64,000 bases of DNA from Phyllobates terribilis (Eukaryota), in contig NW_027362765.1 in the NCBI RefSeq assembly GCF_046119375.1, forward strand, positions 395,870,001 to 395,934,000. Direction: 5' to 3'. The notes under the pieces were generated by a model, which was given only the letters and a program-made list of their open reading frames with translations, ran no database searches and was not told the DNA's origin. Every line of letters begins with the position of its first letter. Within the stretch, counting starts at the first letter, position 1. A program made the position numbers and the translations under genes. Shown here in pieces: positions 63,880-64,000 of this stretch.

Positions 63880-64000
63880 GCCTGTTTCACACATCCTGAT
63901 ATTTTCGGTACTGGAAAAAACAGTACCAGAGATATCAGTGTCCGTGTGTACCTGTGTGGCAACCACGTGCCACATCATAATCGCACATACCGGCACCTGG
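63880..64000. mobile_element. Harbinger-like MITE start, truncated by the window edge
   Basis: TAAGGCCTGTTTCACACATC terminus, similar in form to the element at 48963. Confidence 0.4.

Overview
Vertebrate genomic DNA, most likely a frog: it has spliceosomal introns, and Tc1, TTAA-MITE, DIRS and CR1 repeats of anuran type. Four genes were reconstructed by hand from splice sites and reading frame: ENTPD7 (+, 12 coding exons, 610 aa); ATP6V0E2 (-, 3 coding exons, 81 aa, not shown as a usable ORF in the track); COX15 (-, exons 2-9 clean, exon 1 unresolved); and the start of CUTC (+), which shares a CCAAT-rich bidirectional promoter with COX15. The first 11.9 kb is a 24-bp satellite with higher-order structure. 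Other repeats include several GC-skewed minisatellites, an internally deleted DIRS retrotransposon in ENTPD7 intron 3, and many MITEs. ATP6V0E2 intron 2 holds three Tc1-like elements (one split by a CR1 LINE, one a nearly intact DD37E element). I found no evidence of a wholly new biological system; the best leads are the hidden ATP6V0E2 gene and its synteny, the deleted DIRS, the DD37E element, the satellite structure and the COX15 exon 1 frame problem. All coordinates were read by eye; gene names come from recall of the human proteins, not from a database search.
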